A DNA stretch of 64,000 bases from Oceanispirochaeta sp. (GTDB lineage Bacteria > Spirochaetota > Spirochaetia > DSM-2461): positions 256,001 to 320,000 of the forward strand of contig CAXXOA010000001.1 of NCBI GenBank assembly GCA_963666275.2, read 5' to 3'. Positions 50,515 through 59,333 of the stretch are shown here, piece after piece. A program made the translations under genes and the position numbers. The notes beneath the pieces were generated by a model. The model saw only the letters and a program-made list of their open reading frames with translations. It had not been told where the DNA came from and did no database searches. How positions within the stretch are numbered: position 1 is the stretch's first letter; every line of letters starts with the position of its first letter.

Positions 50515-51194
50515 GCCGATGTCGCATCCAGCAGGTAGAAGAAGGGTGAGGCACTCTCAATTCTTCCTATGATCTCTGCATTTCCTTTACTGAGAATGTC
50601 GCAGGCCCGGGTGGTGGCAATGCTGCGGCTTACAAGAAGAGGCAGCCTGCATACAGCGGCTTTTTCCGCAATTTCCGAGTTGATCCTGCCTGAAGAAAAA
50701 TAGATAAGCCCCGCAGGGGAGACATTTTTCCTGACCGCAGCTCCGATGGCTTTATCAAAGGCATTGTGCCTTCCTACATCCTCATAGAGCGCCAGGATTT
50801 CCTTCCCGTCCGAGAGAGCCGCACAATGAATCCCTCCATGGTCCAGGTACTTGGACGCAGAGTTTTTTATCGTATCCGCAAGGCCCTTCACATCCTCCAG
50901 GGACAGATCCCCGGGAAGTGCATCCGGTACCGGCAAAGTATGCTGCTCCCGTTTCAGTTCTACCCGGATATTATCGTATACATGACCGTTTTCTTCGATT
51001 TTTTCAATTATTAACTGGTCTATCTGTTTTTCTGACTGGATCACATCCCGGCAGAAAAGGTGTCCCACAGCCAGCTCTTCCAGAGCCTCGGGGGTACAGA
51101 GGAAGGAATGGTATAAATCATCCCCCAGATAAAGATAGACTTCGCATTCCTCTACCTGAGGACGCATACATTTTGAAATGGAATTTTTTAACAT
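50511..51194 (-). CDS. fdhD: FdhD/NarQ family molybdenum-cofactor accessory protein
   Basis: TPEALEELAVG, GGIHCAAL, EDVGRHNAFDKAIG, SSGRI. Confidence 0.85.
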   Translation of the reverse strand: MLKNSISKCMRPQVEECEVYLYLGDDLYHSFLCTPEALEELAVGHLFCRDVIQSEKQIDQLIIEKIEENGHVYDNIRVELKREQHTLPVPDALPGDLSLEDVKGLADTIKNSASKYLDHGGIHCAALSDGKEILALYEDVGRHNAFDKAIGAAVRKNVSPAGLIYFSSGRINSEIAEKAAVCRLPLLVSRSIATTRACDILSKGNAEIIGRIESASPFFYLLDATSA

Positions 51195-51749
51195 CTATTG
51201 CGACTCCATACTGCCGACGGACTCCCATTCGGCAAGATATTCAGCCCTGGCTCTGGAAAGATACTTTTCTGAATACAGATAAACATCTCCATTTGAGGCT
51301 TTTGTCCTGAAAATGTCCTTGAACTGGTCATTGTCGGCGACAAGAGCTTCCATCGCTGCCTCAAGCTGTCCGGATTCCAGCCTGTAGGGAGGATCCAGAA
51401 ACATATCAATTCTGCTGGGACGGGGATAGAGTCCGGACTCTTTCCGTACGGTCTCAGCAATGGTTCTGAGATTATCTCCTTCTGCGGCAAAATTCAATGC
51501 TTCCGCATAGGAGTCACTCATTATTTTTTCATCATAGCAGCGCAGTCTTTCTTTTCCCGAAAGGACTCTGACAGGAGACTGTCCGTCGGAGTTCAAATCC
51601 GCCAGAGACTGCCGTATCAGGGAGTTGGAATATTCCTCAGATTCCTGCTCGGCAAAGAGGTCTGTCAGTTCCAGGTCGTCTATAAGTCGCGACTCTGCAG
51701 AAGCGGCCGAAACCGCTTCTGCAAGAATCTCATTCACTGAGATACTCAT
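51195..51749 (-). CDS. YdhW-like oxidoreductase-system protein
   Basis: IAETVR...YPRP, YLYSEKY, EW motifs; directly after YdhV-like gene. Confidence 0.65.
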   Translation of the reverse strand: MSISVNEILAEAVSAASAESRLIDDLELTDLFAEQESEEYSNSLIRQSLADLNSDGQSPVRVLSGKERLRCYDEKIMSDSYAEALNFAAEGDNLRTIAETVRKESGLYPRPSRIDMFLDPPYRLESGQLEAAMEALVADNDQFKDIFRTKASNGDVYLYSEKYLSRARAEYLAEWESVGSMESQ

Positions 51750-51754
51750 AAACC

Positions 51755-53854
51755 TCAGGCAAGCAGACCGAGGCTTTCCAGCTCATCGGCTACATCTTTC
51801 ATTTCATTTTTTTCCAGAGTGGCTCTGGTGGGGATTCCAGTCTCTTCATCCCATCCCATCTCTTTATAGAAAAAGGTAAGAGCTTTATTGTAGTCATCCC
51901 TGTCAAGTTTAATGGTTCCTTCACTGAAGGGTTCTTTATCCGGATCCATGGTGTACTGCCAGCCTGTCAGCTGATCATGGTCTTCTCTCAGATTTTTGGA
52001 GTTCATCTGTTTGGCTGTCAGGGCCCTATGAAGCTGGAATGTCCTTTCCGCATAGCCGTCAAGAGTTTCCTCATTCACATTAAATCCAGTAGCCATGGAG
52101 AAGAACTGGGCTTCCAGAGAGGTATCTCCCCTGTAATTCTGCTCTTTCAGAGGTGATGTAGTCATGGGCCACATCCAGTTACAGAGAGTCAGTGAGTCAT
52201 GCAAAACATTTCTGACGATACTCCATTTGGTAAACTTCGCTTTTGCTTCATTGGCCGGAGTATAGGACGCAGGCTGATCAATGGCGCCTTCACCGAAGAG
52301 TTCTGCCGCAATCTCCTGCTGAATTTCCGTGGGAAGACCGCTTCCCAGCAGGTTCTGATGGGTATGGCACTGGGCGTCTCTGTTGAACATAGAGGAGATC
52401 ACCGCTCCCACAACACCATTGGATTCATTGCTGTGGTGAACCGGGTAACCGACCTTTGTCCAGAGTTTGTTGCCCTTGTATGTCCAGTAGTCTTCAGGAA
52501 GGTCCCATTTTTCCGCCAGGTAGTGAGCACCCTCTCCCAGAGTTGCCAGTTCGCCCTCTTTAAAGGCTATACGGCGATAGAATTCCTGGAAGAAGCTGAT
52601 GTCTCCGGCTTCCAGCTTTTCAAGCTGAAGTGAGTTATACTCTTCCCTGGGAAGAACCTTTTCCAGAATCCCGTGATGCAGGGTGTACTGAAAATCCCGT
52701 CCTATCTGGCCATAGTTACACCAGACACCGTAATCGTCGGCGATCTGAGCTCCCATTGTTCTTCCAATGACGGTCATTTCGTCTTTGGTCTTCCCTTCCA
52801 TTTTATAGTTTCCGTTCATAACGTAGTTGGGGGAGAAGAATCCCATGCAGGAGTTGGACGCGTTGGGGCTGACTCCAAACTGTTCCAGTTCGGGAACATA
52901 GGTATGGGAGTGACAGCGGATAGGACAGGAGGCGCATCCTCCCATTCTCACTGTATACTGAGGAGCAGCAGGTCCCAGGTCCTTGATAGCCTTCATGGTT
53001 CTGTAACCGATTTTGTTATGCTCCTGGGGAGTAATTTCTCCGGTTTCGATAGGATACTCGGCGGCTTCCCATGCCAGTCCCTTCTGGGCTGTCCAGCGGC
53101 TGCCGGGATGATGATATTCCGCCCAGGCCTGGGGTGTGGAGGGTACAACATGCTGGTTGTTGGCTCCAACAACTTTCAGAGCTGCTTCATTCAGGGCATG
53201 CCATTTCAGTTTATCCCCCGCAATCTTGACTGATCCGGTTCCCCGGATACCGATGGCTTTGAGCATCTTGGATCCCATAACACCGCCGTGACCGCCTGCT
53301 GAGTGGCTGGCTCCGGTTCTGATAACAGAGAGGTTTACCTGATTTTCACCGGCCTGTCCGATACAGGCTACCTGGGAATCTTTACCCATAAGGCCTGTTA
53401 CTTCTTTCATGGTATCAAAGGTTCCGTGTCCCCAGAGCATGGTGGCATCTTCCAGGGTGACATCCTGGTCCGCAATACGCAGCCATACGGGTTTGTCAGA
53501 TTTTCCTTCGATAATGATGGCATCATACCCGGCATATTTCAGTTCCACTGCAAAGTGACCGCCCATGTGGCTGTCGGAAACACCGTGGAAGGGGTTGGAT
53601 GCCAGCAGGCTGGTAATGTTGGTCCGGCCGCTGCACATGGCGCCGGTTCCCGTCAGGGGGCCGACTCCGAAAATGATTTTATTTTCTTCGGCAAAAGGGT
53701 GTGTTCCTGTGGGAACTTCGTCCCACATCACTTTATATCCGATTCCCATTCCGCCGATGAAGTATGTATATTTTTCCGTGGATTCACGGGTTATTGATCC
53801 TGTACTAAGGTTTACGCGCAGGATAGTACCTGCCCATCCGCCATTAATTGCCAT
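51755..53854 (-). CDS. Aldehyde:ferredoxin oxidoreductase family protein (YdhV-like)
   Basis: GWAGTILRVNL, GPLTGT, HMGG, ELKYAGYD, GCASCPIRC, DSLTLCNW, MGWD...GIPTRATL. Confidence 0.9.
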   Translation of the reverse strand: MAINGGWAGTILRVNLSTGSITRESTEKYTYFIGGMGIGYKVMWDEVPTGTHPFAEENKIIFGVGPLTGTGAMCSGRTNITSLLASNPFHGVSDSHMGGHFAVELKYAGYDAIIIEGKSDKPVWLRIADQDVTLEDATMLWGHGTFDTMKEVTGLMGKDSQVACIGQAGENQVNLSVIRTGASHSAGGHGGVMGSKMLKAIGIRGTGSVKIAGDKLKWHALNEAALKVVGANNQHVVPSTPQAWAEYHHPGSRWTAQKGLAWEAAEYPIETGEITPQEHNKIGYRTMKAIKDLGPAAPQYTVRMGGCASCPIRCHSHTYVPELEQFGVSPNASNSCMGFFSPNYVMNGNYKMEGKTKDEMTVIGRTMGAQIADDYGVWCNYGQIGRDFQYTLHHGILEKVLPREEYNSLQLEKLEAGDISFFQEFYRRIAFKEGELATLGEGAHYLAEKWDLPEDYWTYKGNKLWTKVGYPVHHSNESNGVVGAVISSMFNRDAQCHTHQNLLGSGLPTEIQQEIAAELFGEGAIDQPASYTPANEAKAKFTKWSIVRNVLHDSLTLCNWMWPMTTSPLKEQNYRGDTSLEAQFFSMATGFNVNEETLDGYAERTFQLHRALTAKQMNSKNLREDHDQLTGWQYTMDPDKEPFSEGTIKLDRDDYNKALTFFYKEMGWDEETGIPTRATLEKNEMKDVADELESLGLLA

Positions 53855-53866
53855 GGTTTACTCCTC

Positions 53867-54517
53867 CTATACCTGAAAGTGTTCTTTGTATTTCTGAAGT
53901 GCCTCAGCCCAGGTCACATAGGACAGGGCGCCGGTGGGGCAGGCTTTGACACAGGCTGTATAGCCGTGGCAGAGAATACATTTGGTTGATACATTGGTTT
54001 CGGGATCCAGAGTGGGGATCCCCCAGGGACAGGCTCTTGTACAGGTTCCGCAGCCGACGCATTTTTCCGCATCCACTTCACGGGCTCCTGTGGCTTCCTG
54101 CTGGAAAATAGCTCCCTGCGGACAGGCCAGACCACAGGCCGGCTGTTCGCACTGGCGGCAGGTGTCAGCTGTCATGGTGTAATTTCCCATTTCTCCGGCA
54201 CCGTGAACCCAGTCGCCTCTGACCCCTTTGGATCCATAGGCCAGATTCTGGCTGACTTTGATTCTGGCTGTTACCTGGCTGGCTTTTCCGTCGTTTCCGA
54301 CAGAACATGTGGATTCGCACATAAGGCAGCCCGTACAGCGGGGCGGTTCATGAATGATCATACCGTCTGCAGCTTCGAATACCTGAATATCTTTTGATTT
54401 ACAACCCGGCAGCAGCCATGAAGCGGCTCCGGCTCCGATTGTTCCCAGTCCTGTAAACTTGAGAAAATCCCGGCGGGTAATTGCCGTGTTTAGAAGTTTG
54501 TTTTCTTTTACGGACAC
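53867..54517 (-). CDS. Multi-[4Fe-4S] subunit with Tat lipoprotein signal (YdhY/X-like)
   Basis: TRRDFLK, LLPGC lipobox, four Cys clusters (CTGCLMCESTC, CRQC..PAC..ACP, CVGCGTCTRACP, KCILC..ACVKACP); GTG 54517 with GGAGGAG RBS. Confidence 0.88.
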   Translation of the reverse strand: MSVKENKLLNTAITRRDFLKFTGLGTIGAGAASWLLPGCKSKDIQVFEAADGMIIHEPPRCTGCLMCESTCSVGNDGKASQVTARIKVSQNLAYGSKGVRGDWVHGAGEMGNYTMTADTCRQCEQPACGLACPQGAIFQQEATGAREVDAEKCVGCGTCTRACPWGIPTLDPETNVSTKCILCHGYTACVKACPTGALSYVTWAEALQKYKEHFQV

Positions 54518-54540
54518 AATATCTCCTCCATTGTTTGTAG

Positions 54541-54640
54541 TCTCCTTTTCAAACACGGGAGGCAGCCATCGTTTCCAAGGTACCCAATGTCCGGAATCCA
54601 TAGACGAAGAGATCGTCCTTAGGGGGGTCCGGATCGGAGC
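54541..54640 (-). ncRNA. Moco-class riboswitch, P3-less (tungsten-cofactor/Wco-type) variant
   Basis: Minus strand CTCCG...CCTAAG...TATGG...GGGT...GAAA...GCCTCCCGTGTTTGAAAAGGAG, matching the Moco RNA pattern, in the leader of an AOR operon. Confidence 0.85.
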
Positions 54641-54652
54641 TTTATGTTTTTT

Positions 54653-54681
54653 ATTATAGGCCCGGAAGTCTTATTCGTAAA
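54653..54681 (-). promoter_or_regulatory. Promoter of riboswitch/AOR operon
   Basis: Minus strand TTTACG-17-TATAAT ending 12 nt before the aptamer. Confidence 0.65.
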
Positions 54682-54871
54682 GTATCTATCGATAAAAAAG
54701 TAGTTATTAAAAGCCTTTATAATTGGGTTGTTGATATAATTTCTTGCTGTCCCTGAAAATAGAGGCATAATTTTTTTTTAGAGGGAAATTCCCGCTTTTC
54801 ACAGGCTCTTTCGGGTGAATAGAACATGAGAATCATGGCATTCCTTATGTAAGCTTGCTATACTCTATAGT

Positions 54872-55393
54872 ATGAAAGAAATAAGCCTTAACGAAGCATT
54901 GAATAAACAGATTAAAAAAATCATGCCTTTCAAATTCCTTGAACCTGTTCCTTCTGACTTTCTGCTTGAACGGTCGGAAGTTTATGAATATGAGGAAGGA
55001 GAGATCATTATCCATCAGGGAGATGTGAACCAGTCTTTCTATTCGATTGTGTCCGGAACTATTAATGTCACTGTTCATAATGAGAACGGAACCGACAGCT
55101 ATATCTGCTCCATCGGGCAGGGAGAAGTCTTCGGTGAGGCAGGAATGTTTCTGAAAGTTCCCCGGACAGCCAATGTCACAGCGGGAGAAACCACCAGGGT
55201 CGTTATGATCCCCAGGAACAGTATTCTGAAGCTGATCAGGGAATTCCCCGAAAACGGAAATAAGTTCCTTCTTATGATTATTTTCAGTCTTCTGAGGAAA
55301 CTGAAGGGATCCAATCAGGAACTGGCCTTTGAGCGGCGCAGCGATTCTGATCAGGATGATATTGATGATCTTGTAAACAGTCTCCTGAGCTGA
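54872..55393 (+). CDS. Stand-alone cyclic-nucleotide-binding domain protein
   Basis: IIHQGD, GEVFGEAG, PRTANV; no HTH. Confidence 0.88.
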   Translation: MKEISLNEALNKQIKKIMPFKFLEPVPSDFLLERSEVYEYEEGEIIIHQGDVNQSFYSIVSGTINVTVHNENGTDSYICSIGQGEVFGEAGMFLKVPRTANVTAGETTRVVMIPRNSILKLIREFPENGNKFLLMIIFSLLRKLKGSNQELAFERRSDSDQDDIDDLVNSLLS

Positions 55394-55394
55394 G

Positions 55395-55442
55395 AAAAAA
55401 AAATCTCCGCCGGGCAGGAAAAATCAACTGGACCGACGGAGA
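55395..55442 (-). terminator. Intrinsic terminator of Zn-dehydrogenase gene
   Basis: TCTCCG...CGGAGA stem with U9 tail on minus strand. Confidence 0.65.
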
Positions 55443-55531
55443 CGTTACCGGGAATCGTAAACCGGAGATCTACATTTTATCTCCTGCGATTCGGTATTGG
55501 CAAGGGAAAGTTCAAAGAAAAAGTAAAGTTT

Positions 55532-56698
55532 TTACGGAATCATAATTCCCTTGAGGTAATCTTCGTCTCCCATCTTTTTCAGAGTATCCAGAAGACCGTC
55601 CAGATCGGTTTTATGGGTAAACATTTTATGGAGAGGGATTGTTTTGTGGCGCTTCAGAATCTGAAACGCCTTGTCAAAGGCTCCGGGATGGTTGGCGCTC
55701 ATTCCGAGGATCCTGGCATGTTTGCTGCAGATCAGTCTGGCCGGATCAAATGAGATCTCTTTGCCCTGGTTCACCATGTTTCCCACTTCCACATAGGTTC
55801 CCAGGCGGCGCATCATTTCTAGTCCGTCAATAAAGGTTTCCACGTTATTGGAGCACTGCATAACCACGTCGGCCCCTCCGCCAGTCAGGTCTTTTACCAT
55901 TTCGATCCGCTGGGAACGGCTGTATTTATGATAGTCGATGACATGATCCACCCCGGCGATCTCTTCTGAAAGATCCAGCCTTTTCTGACGGCTTCCTATC
56001 ATAATCACCTGCTGGGCTCCCATAAGGCGGCAGTAGAGGGCTGTCAGTACTCCCACCTGGCCGGAACCGATGACAACCACCCGGGAGCTTGTTGTGAGGC
56101 CCTGTTCCATGATCCCCGGGCCAGTCAAAGCCAGTTCCACTGCCCTGACCGCTACAGCCATGGGGTCAAGGAGAACCGCAATTTCCGATGGCATATCCTC
56201 CGGAACTTTCCAGAGATAGGTTTCGGGGAATACATAGGTATATTCGGCGAAGCCGCCCATGAAATGGGGCCATCGGCTTATATCTGAACTGATGGTTTCC
56301 TTTCCTTCCAGCCCCAGTTTTGAATAGGGGACTCCGTATACAAAAGAGCTGTCGCAGGTGGTGCAGGTTCCCGGTCTGTTGCTCAGACATCCGGGGCATT
56401 TTCCGCAGGTTATCCAGGGGTACAGAACGACCCTGTCTCCCTCTTTGACGGGGCCCTCATAAATGTTCAGAGAACCCGCTGCTTTCGAGCCCATGCCGAT
56501 TATGGTCCCTGTGACCTCATGGCTCATTATGGCGGGGTAGGGCGGCGTATCCTGAATCAGATGACCATCGGTACCGCAGATACCGGCGGCATCCACTTTT
56601 AAGAGGAGGCCGTCCTCCTTTACCTGGGGAACATCCAGTTCACGAATCTCTATGTCGTATTTTCCCAGCCAGACAGCGGCTTTTCCTTTTTTCTGCAT
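55532..56698 (-). CDS. Zinc-dependent alcohol/polyol dehydrogenase (MDR)
   Basis: GICGTD, SHEVTG, CGKCPGC...C, GSGQVG. Confidence 0.88.
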   Translation of the reverse strand: MQKKGKAAVWLGKYDIEIRELDVPQVKEDGLLLKVDAAGICGTDGHLIQDTPPYPAIMSHEVTGTIIGMGSKAAGSLNIYEGPVKEGDRVVLYPWITCGKCPGCLSNRPGTCTTCDSSFVYGVPYSKLGLEGKETISSDISRWPHFMGGFAEYTYVFPETYLWKVPEDMPSEIAVLLDPMAVAVRAVELALTGPGIMEQGLTTSSRVVVIGSGQVGVLTALYCRLMGAQQVIMIGSRQKRLDLSEEIAGVDHVIDYHKYSRSQRIEMVKDLTGGGADVVMQCSNNVETFIDGLEMMRRLGTYVEVGNMVNQGKEISFDPARLICSKHARILGMSANHPGAFDKAFQILKRHKTIPLHKMFTHKTDLDGLLDTLKKMGDEDYLKGIMIP

Positions 56699-56724
56699 AG
56701 TTATTCCTCCTTTGCATCCCTGTC

Positions 56725-56770
56725 ATTATATTCTGCTTGACAAATTTGTTCTAGTGTTTTAAAACACTAG
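56725..56770. promoter_or_regulatory. Divergent promoters plus operator copy 3
   Basis: Perfect palindrome CTAGTGTTTTAAAACACTAG (56751-56770); TTGACA at 56737 (+); TATAAT at 56725-56730 (-). Confidence 0.8.
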
Positions 56771-56798
56771 GATAATCCAATTCTGCAGGAGAAATATT

Positions 56799-57233
56799 AT
56801 GCTGAAGGGTATACCTAAAATACTCTCTCCCGAGCTTGTAAAAGTTCTGATGGAGATGGGACATGGAGACGAAATTGTCATATCCGACGGAAACTTCCCC
56901 GCTGTTACATGCGGACAGCAGGTGGTCAGGGCCGACGGGCATGGTGTTCCCGAAATTCTGGATGCGATCCTGACCCTTTTTCCCCTGGATCCCTATGGTG
57001 AGGAAGTTCCCGTCTCACTGATGGAGGTGGTTCCCGGAGATACAGTGGAAACCCCCATCTGGGATGAGTACAAGGCCATTGTCAAAAAACACAACTCTGA
57101 TTTCAAGGACTTCAACTTTATCGAGCGCTTTGAATTCTACGAAAGAACCAAAAAAACTTTTGCTGTTGTAGCTACCGGTGAAGCCGCCCTTTATGCTAAT
57201 ATTCTTATCCGTAAAGGGGTTGTGGTCGACTGA
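56799..57233 (+). CDS. fucU: RbsD/FucU family mutarotase
   Basis: MLKGIP, MGHGDEIVISDGNFP, ERFEFYE, TGEAALYAN, KGVV. Confidence 0.88.
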   Translation: MLKGIPKILSPELVKVLMEMGHGDEIVISDGNFPAVTCGQQVVRADGHGVPEILDAILTLFPLDPYGEEVPVSLMEVVPGDTVETPIWDEYKAIVKKHNSDFKDFNFIERFEFYERTKKTFAVVATGEAALYANILIRKGVVVD

Positions 57234-57259
57234 TTCCCTTCCCCGGAGGAAGGTCGTAA

Positions 57260-58303
57260 GTGGATCAGACAAAAGACACATCTCAGCTCCCCCGCATTCT
57301 TATTCTGGATACGGGGGGGACTATCAGCCAGAAACCGGGCAGTCAGGGGGCACTGGAACCCTGTGCCACCGATTATATTGATCTGGTACCCCGGCTTCAT
57401 GAGATAGCCCGGATCAATCATGTCCGTCTGGAAAGGATGGACAGCACCGATATGACCACAGATCTGCGCGGTCAGATTGCCGAAAAGATTGCAGAAGCCT
57501 ACGAAGACCACGATGGCTTTGTGGTCCTTCATGGCACCGACACTATGGCGGATACGGCCGCCTCCCTGAACTATATGCTCCGGGGACTGGGAAAGCCTGT
57601 GGTCCTGACAGGAGCTCAGCTCCCTATCTTCGCTCCCGGTCCCGACGGGATGAACAATCTCTACTATTCCGTTAAAACCGCCGGTATGGATCTGGGGGAA
57701 GTGGTCATCTGTTTTGGAGACCGCATCCTCAGGGGGAGCCGTTCCATGAAAGAGAATGTCCACGGTTTCAATGCCTTCAGTTCCCTCCGTGTTCCCCCTC
57801 TGGGAGAACTGGGAGTTTCGGTTCAGCTGCTGGATCACAGGATCCCCCGCCGGGAGAGCACAGTGGATCTTTTTACAGCCTTTGATTCCGGGGTGATCTA
57901 CCTTCCCATGACTTCCGGGACATCCCTTCCTCTTCTGGATAATCTGGCGCAGTGGAAGGATCTGCATGGTCTTGTTCTGGGGGGATTCGGAACTGGTAAT
58001 ATTCCCACCTCCCAGATGGAGGGTCTGAAAAAGATTCTTGACCGTCAGATTCCCGTGGTTGTTGTAACAACCTGCATGAAGGGCGAAACCAATCTGAACC
58101 AGTATCATGTCGGCCAGGCCGCGAAGGATCTCGGTGTCATAGAAGGGGGAGATCTTTCTCCTTCCTCAGCGGTTCAGAAACTGATGTATGCCCTGGGGCT
58201 TGTGAATGCCTCCCGGCCCGGACTCTCAAATAAGGACAAACTGCAGAAGGTCAGATCCCTTTTCCGGATTCCCATCGGGCTGGATATGGTTTCTTCCAGA
58301 TAG
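57260..58303 (+). CDS. ansA: Type I (cytoplasmic) L-asparaginase
   Basis: TGGTI, HGTDTM, LTGAQLP, GTGN, QKLMYALG. Confidence 0.9.
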   Translation: MDQTKDTSQLPRILILDTGGTISQKPGSQGALEPCATDYIDLVPRLHEIARINHVRLERMDSTDMTTDLRGQIAEKIAEAYEDHDGFVVLHGTDTMADTAASLNYMLRGLGKPVVLTGAQLPIFAPGPDGMNNLYYSVKTAGMDLGEVVICFGDRILRGSRSMKENVHGFNAFSSLRVPPLGELGVSVQLLDHRIPRRESTVDLFTAFDSGVIYLPMTSGTSLPLLDNLAQWKDLHGLVLGGFGTGNIPTSQMEGLKKILDRQIPVVVVTTCMKGETNLNQYHVGQAAKDLGVIEGGDLSPSSAVQKLMYALGLVNASRPGLSNKDKLQKVRSLFRIPIGLDMVSSR

Positions 58304-58394
58304 CAGATTTCAAAGTATCCTCTTTTCATCCCATTTGTATCATTTATGAAATTCAAAAACTATATGAATATAATGCATAGTAAACTATCCTGCC

Positions 58395-58439
58395 TTGACA
58401 TGTTACATAAAATTACGTAAAGATTGTTATTATATGTAA
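58395..58439 (+). promoter_or_regulatory. Promoter with TTAC(A/G)TAA repeats
   Basis: TTGACA 58395; TTACATAA 58403, TTACGTAA 58413, inverted TATGTAA 58433. Confidence 0.45.
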
Positions 58440-58454
58440 TATAGGGGAATATTT

Positions 58455-58880
58455 GTGAGTCGTTCTGTCTATACAGTCAATGAAGCTGCCGAGCTCTGCA
58501 GACTTCATCCGAGAACTATTGTTAGAAAGATCAGAGAAGGCGAGATCAAAGCTCATAAGATCGGCCGTCAGTACAGGATGAGTCATGAAGACCTTGAGAC
58601 CTTTATGGGAGTCCTGCCGGATAAGGGCTTTGCATCAGAGACTTCCGGGGCTGGGCCGGTTCTGGTTTCGTCTGTGGTCGACATGGATGGTATAAGCCGG
58701 GAGGAAAGTCAAAGGATCACCAATACTCTTATGGCAGCCATGAACTCGGAGCACTCTTCCTCCTCCCGGGTGGACTTTCTCTATTATGAGGAACTGAGAC
58801 GGCTCAAAATCGTTATTAACAGCGATCTGGAAAGGACTTCCCGGATCCTGAAAGTTCTTGAAGTTTTTGCACAGCATTAG
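58455..58880 (+). CDS. Excisionase/MerR-like HTH DNA-binding protein with C-terminal domain
   Basis: YTVNEAAELCRLHPRTIVRKIREGEIKAHKIGRQYR. Confidence 0.85.
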   Translation: MSRSVYTVNEAAELCRLHPRTIVRKIREGEIKAHKIGRQYRMSHEDLETFMGVLPDKGFASETSGAGPVLVSSVVDMDGISREESQRITNTLMAAMNSEHSSSSRVDFLYYEELRRLKIVINSDLERTSRILKVLEVFAQH

Positions 58881-58887
58881 AGAGTTA

Positions 58888-58921
58888 TATCCTTCCGTTA
58901 TTTCGGTATAACGGTAGGATA
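58888..58921. other. Intercistronic hairpin
   Basis: TATCCTTCCGTTAT-TTCGGT-ATAACGGTAGGATA. Confidence 0.5.
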
Positions 58922-58963
58922 AATAGCAGGGAATACAAAATAAATTGGATGGGGAGTTGGAAA

Positions 58964-59311
58964 ATGGAATATACGCTTCATGAAAGGGGAGAAAAAACGG
59001 TTACCGAAATTCACAGACTGACCGAGGTTCTTGAGAGTTCCGGGGATTTTCTGGATCTTATGGCCAATTCCCCTTCACGGTACATCCTCCTGCATAAAAG
59101 GAATGTCTGCGAGGAATTTTTTGATCTGAAAAGCCGTCTGGCCGGAGAGATTTTACAGAAAGCTGTCAATTATCAGATACATTTCGGAATCATCGGGGAC
59201 TTCTCTGTATATGAAAGCCCTAGTCTTAAGGATTTTATTTATGAAAGCAACAGGGGACGGCAGATCGTCTTTGTAGAAACTCTTGAGAAGGGCCTGTTGC
59301 TGTTCTCCTGA
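58964..59311 (+). CDS. DUF4180-like protein
   Basis: FFDLKSRLAGEILQK.VNY...IIGDFS...DFIYESNRG. Confidence 0.82.
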   Translation: MEYTLHERGEKTVTEIHRLTEVLESSGDFLDLMANSPSRYILLHKRNVCEEFFDLKSRLAGEILQKAVNYQIHFGIIGDFSVYESPSLKDFIYESNRGRQIVFVETLEKGLLLFS

Positions 59312-59333
59312 TATCCAGGGAAGCCGGGGACAG

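Noticed and set aside
58455..58880. Excisionase as sign of a prophage or ICE
   Set aside because: No integrase, att sites, tRNA or phage genes nearby
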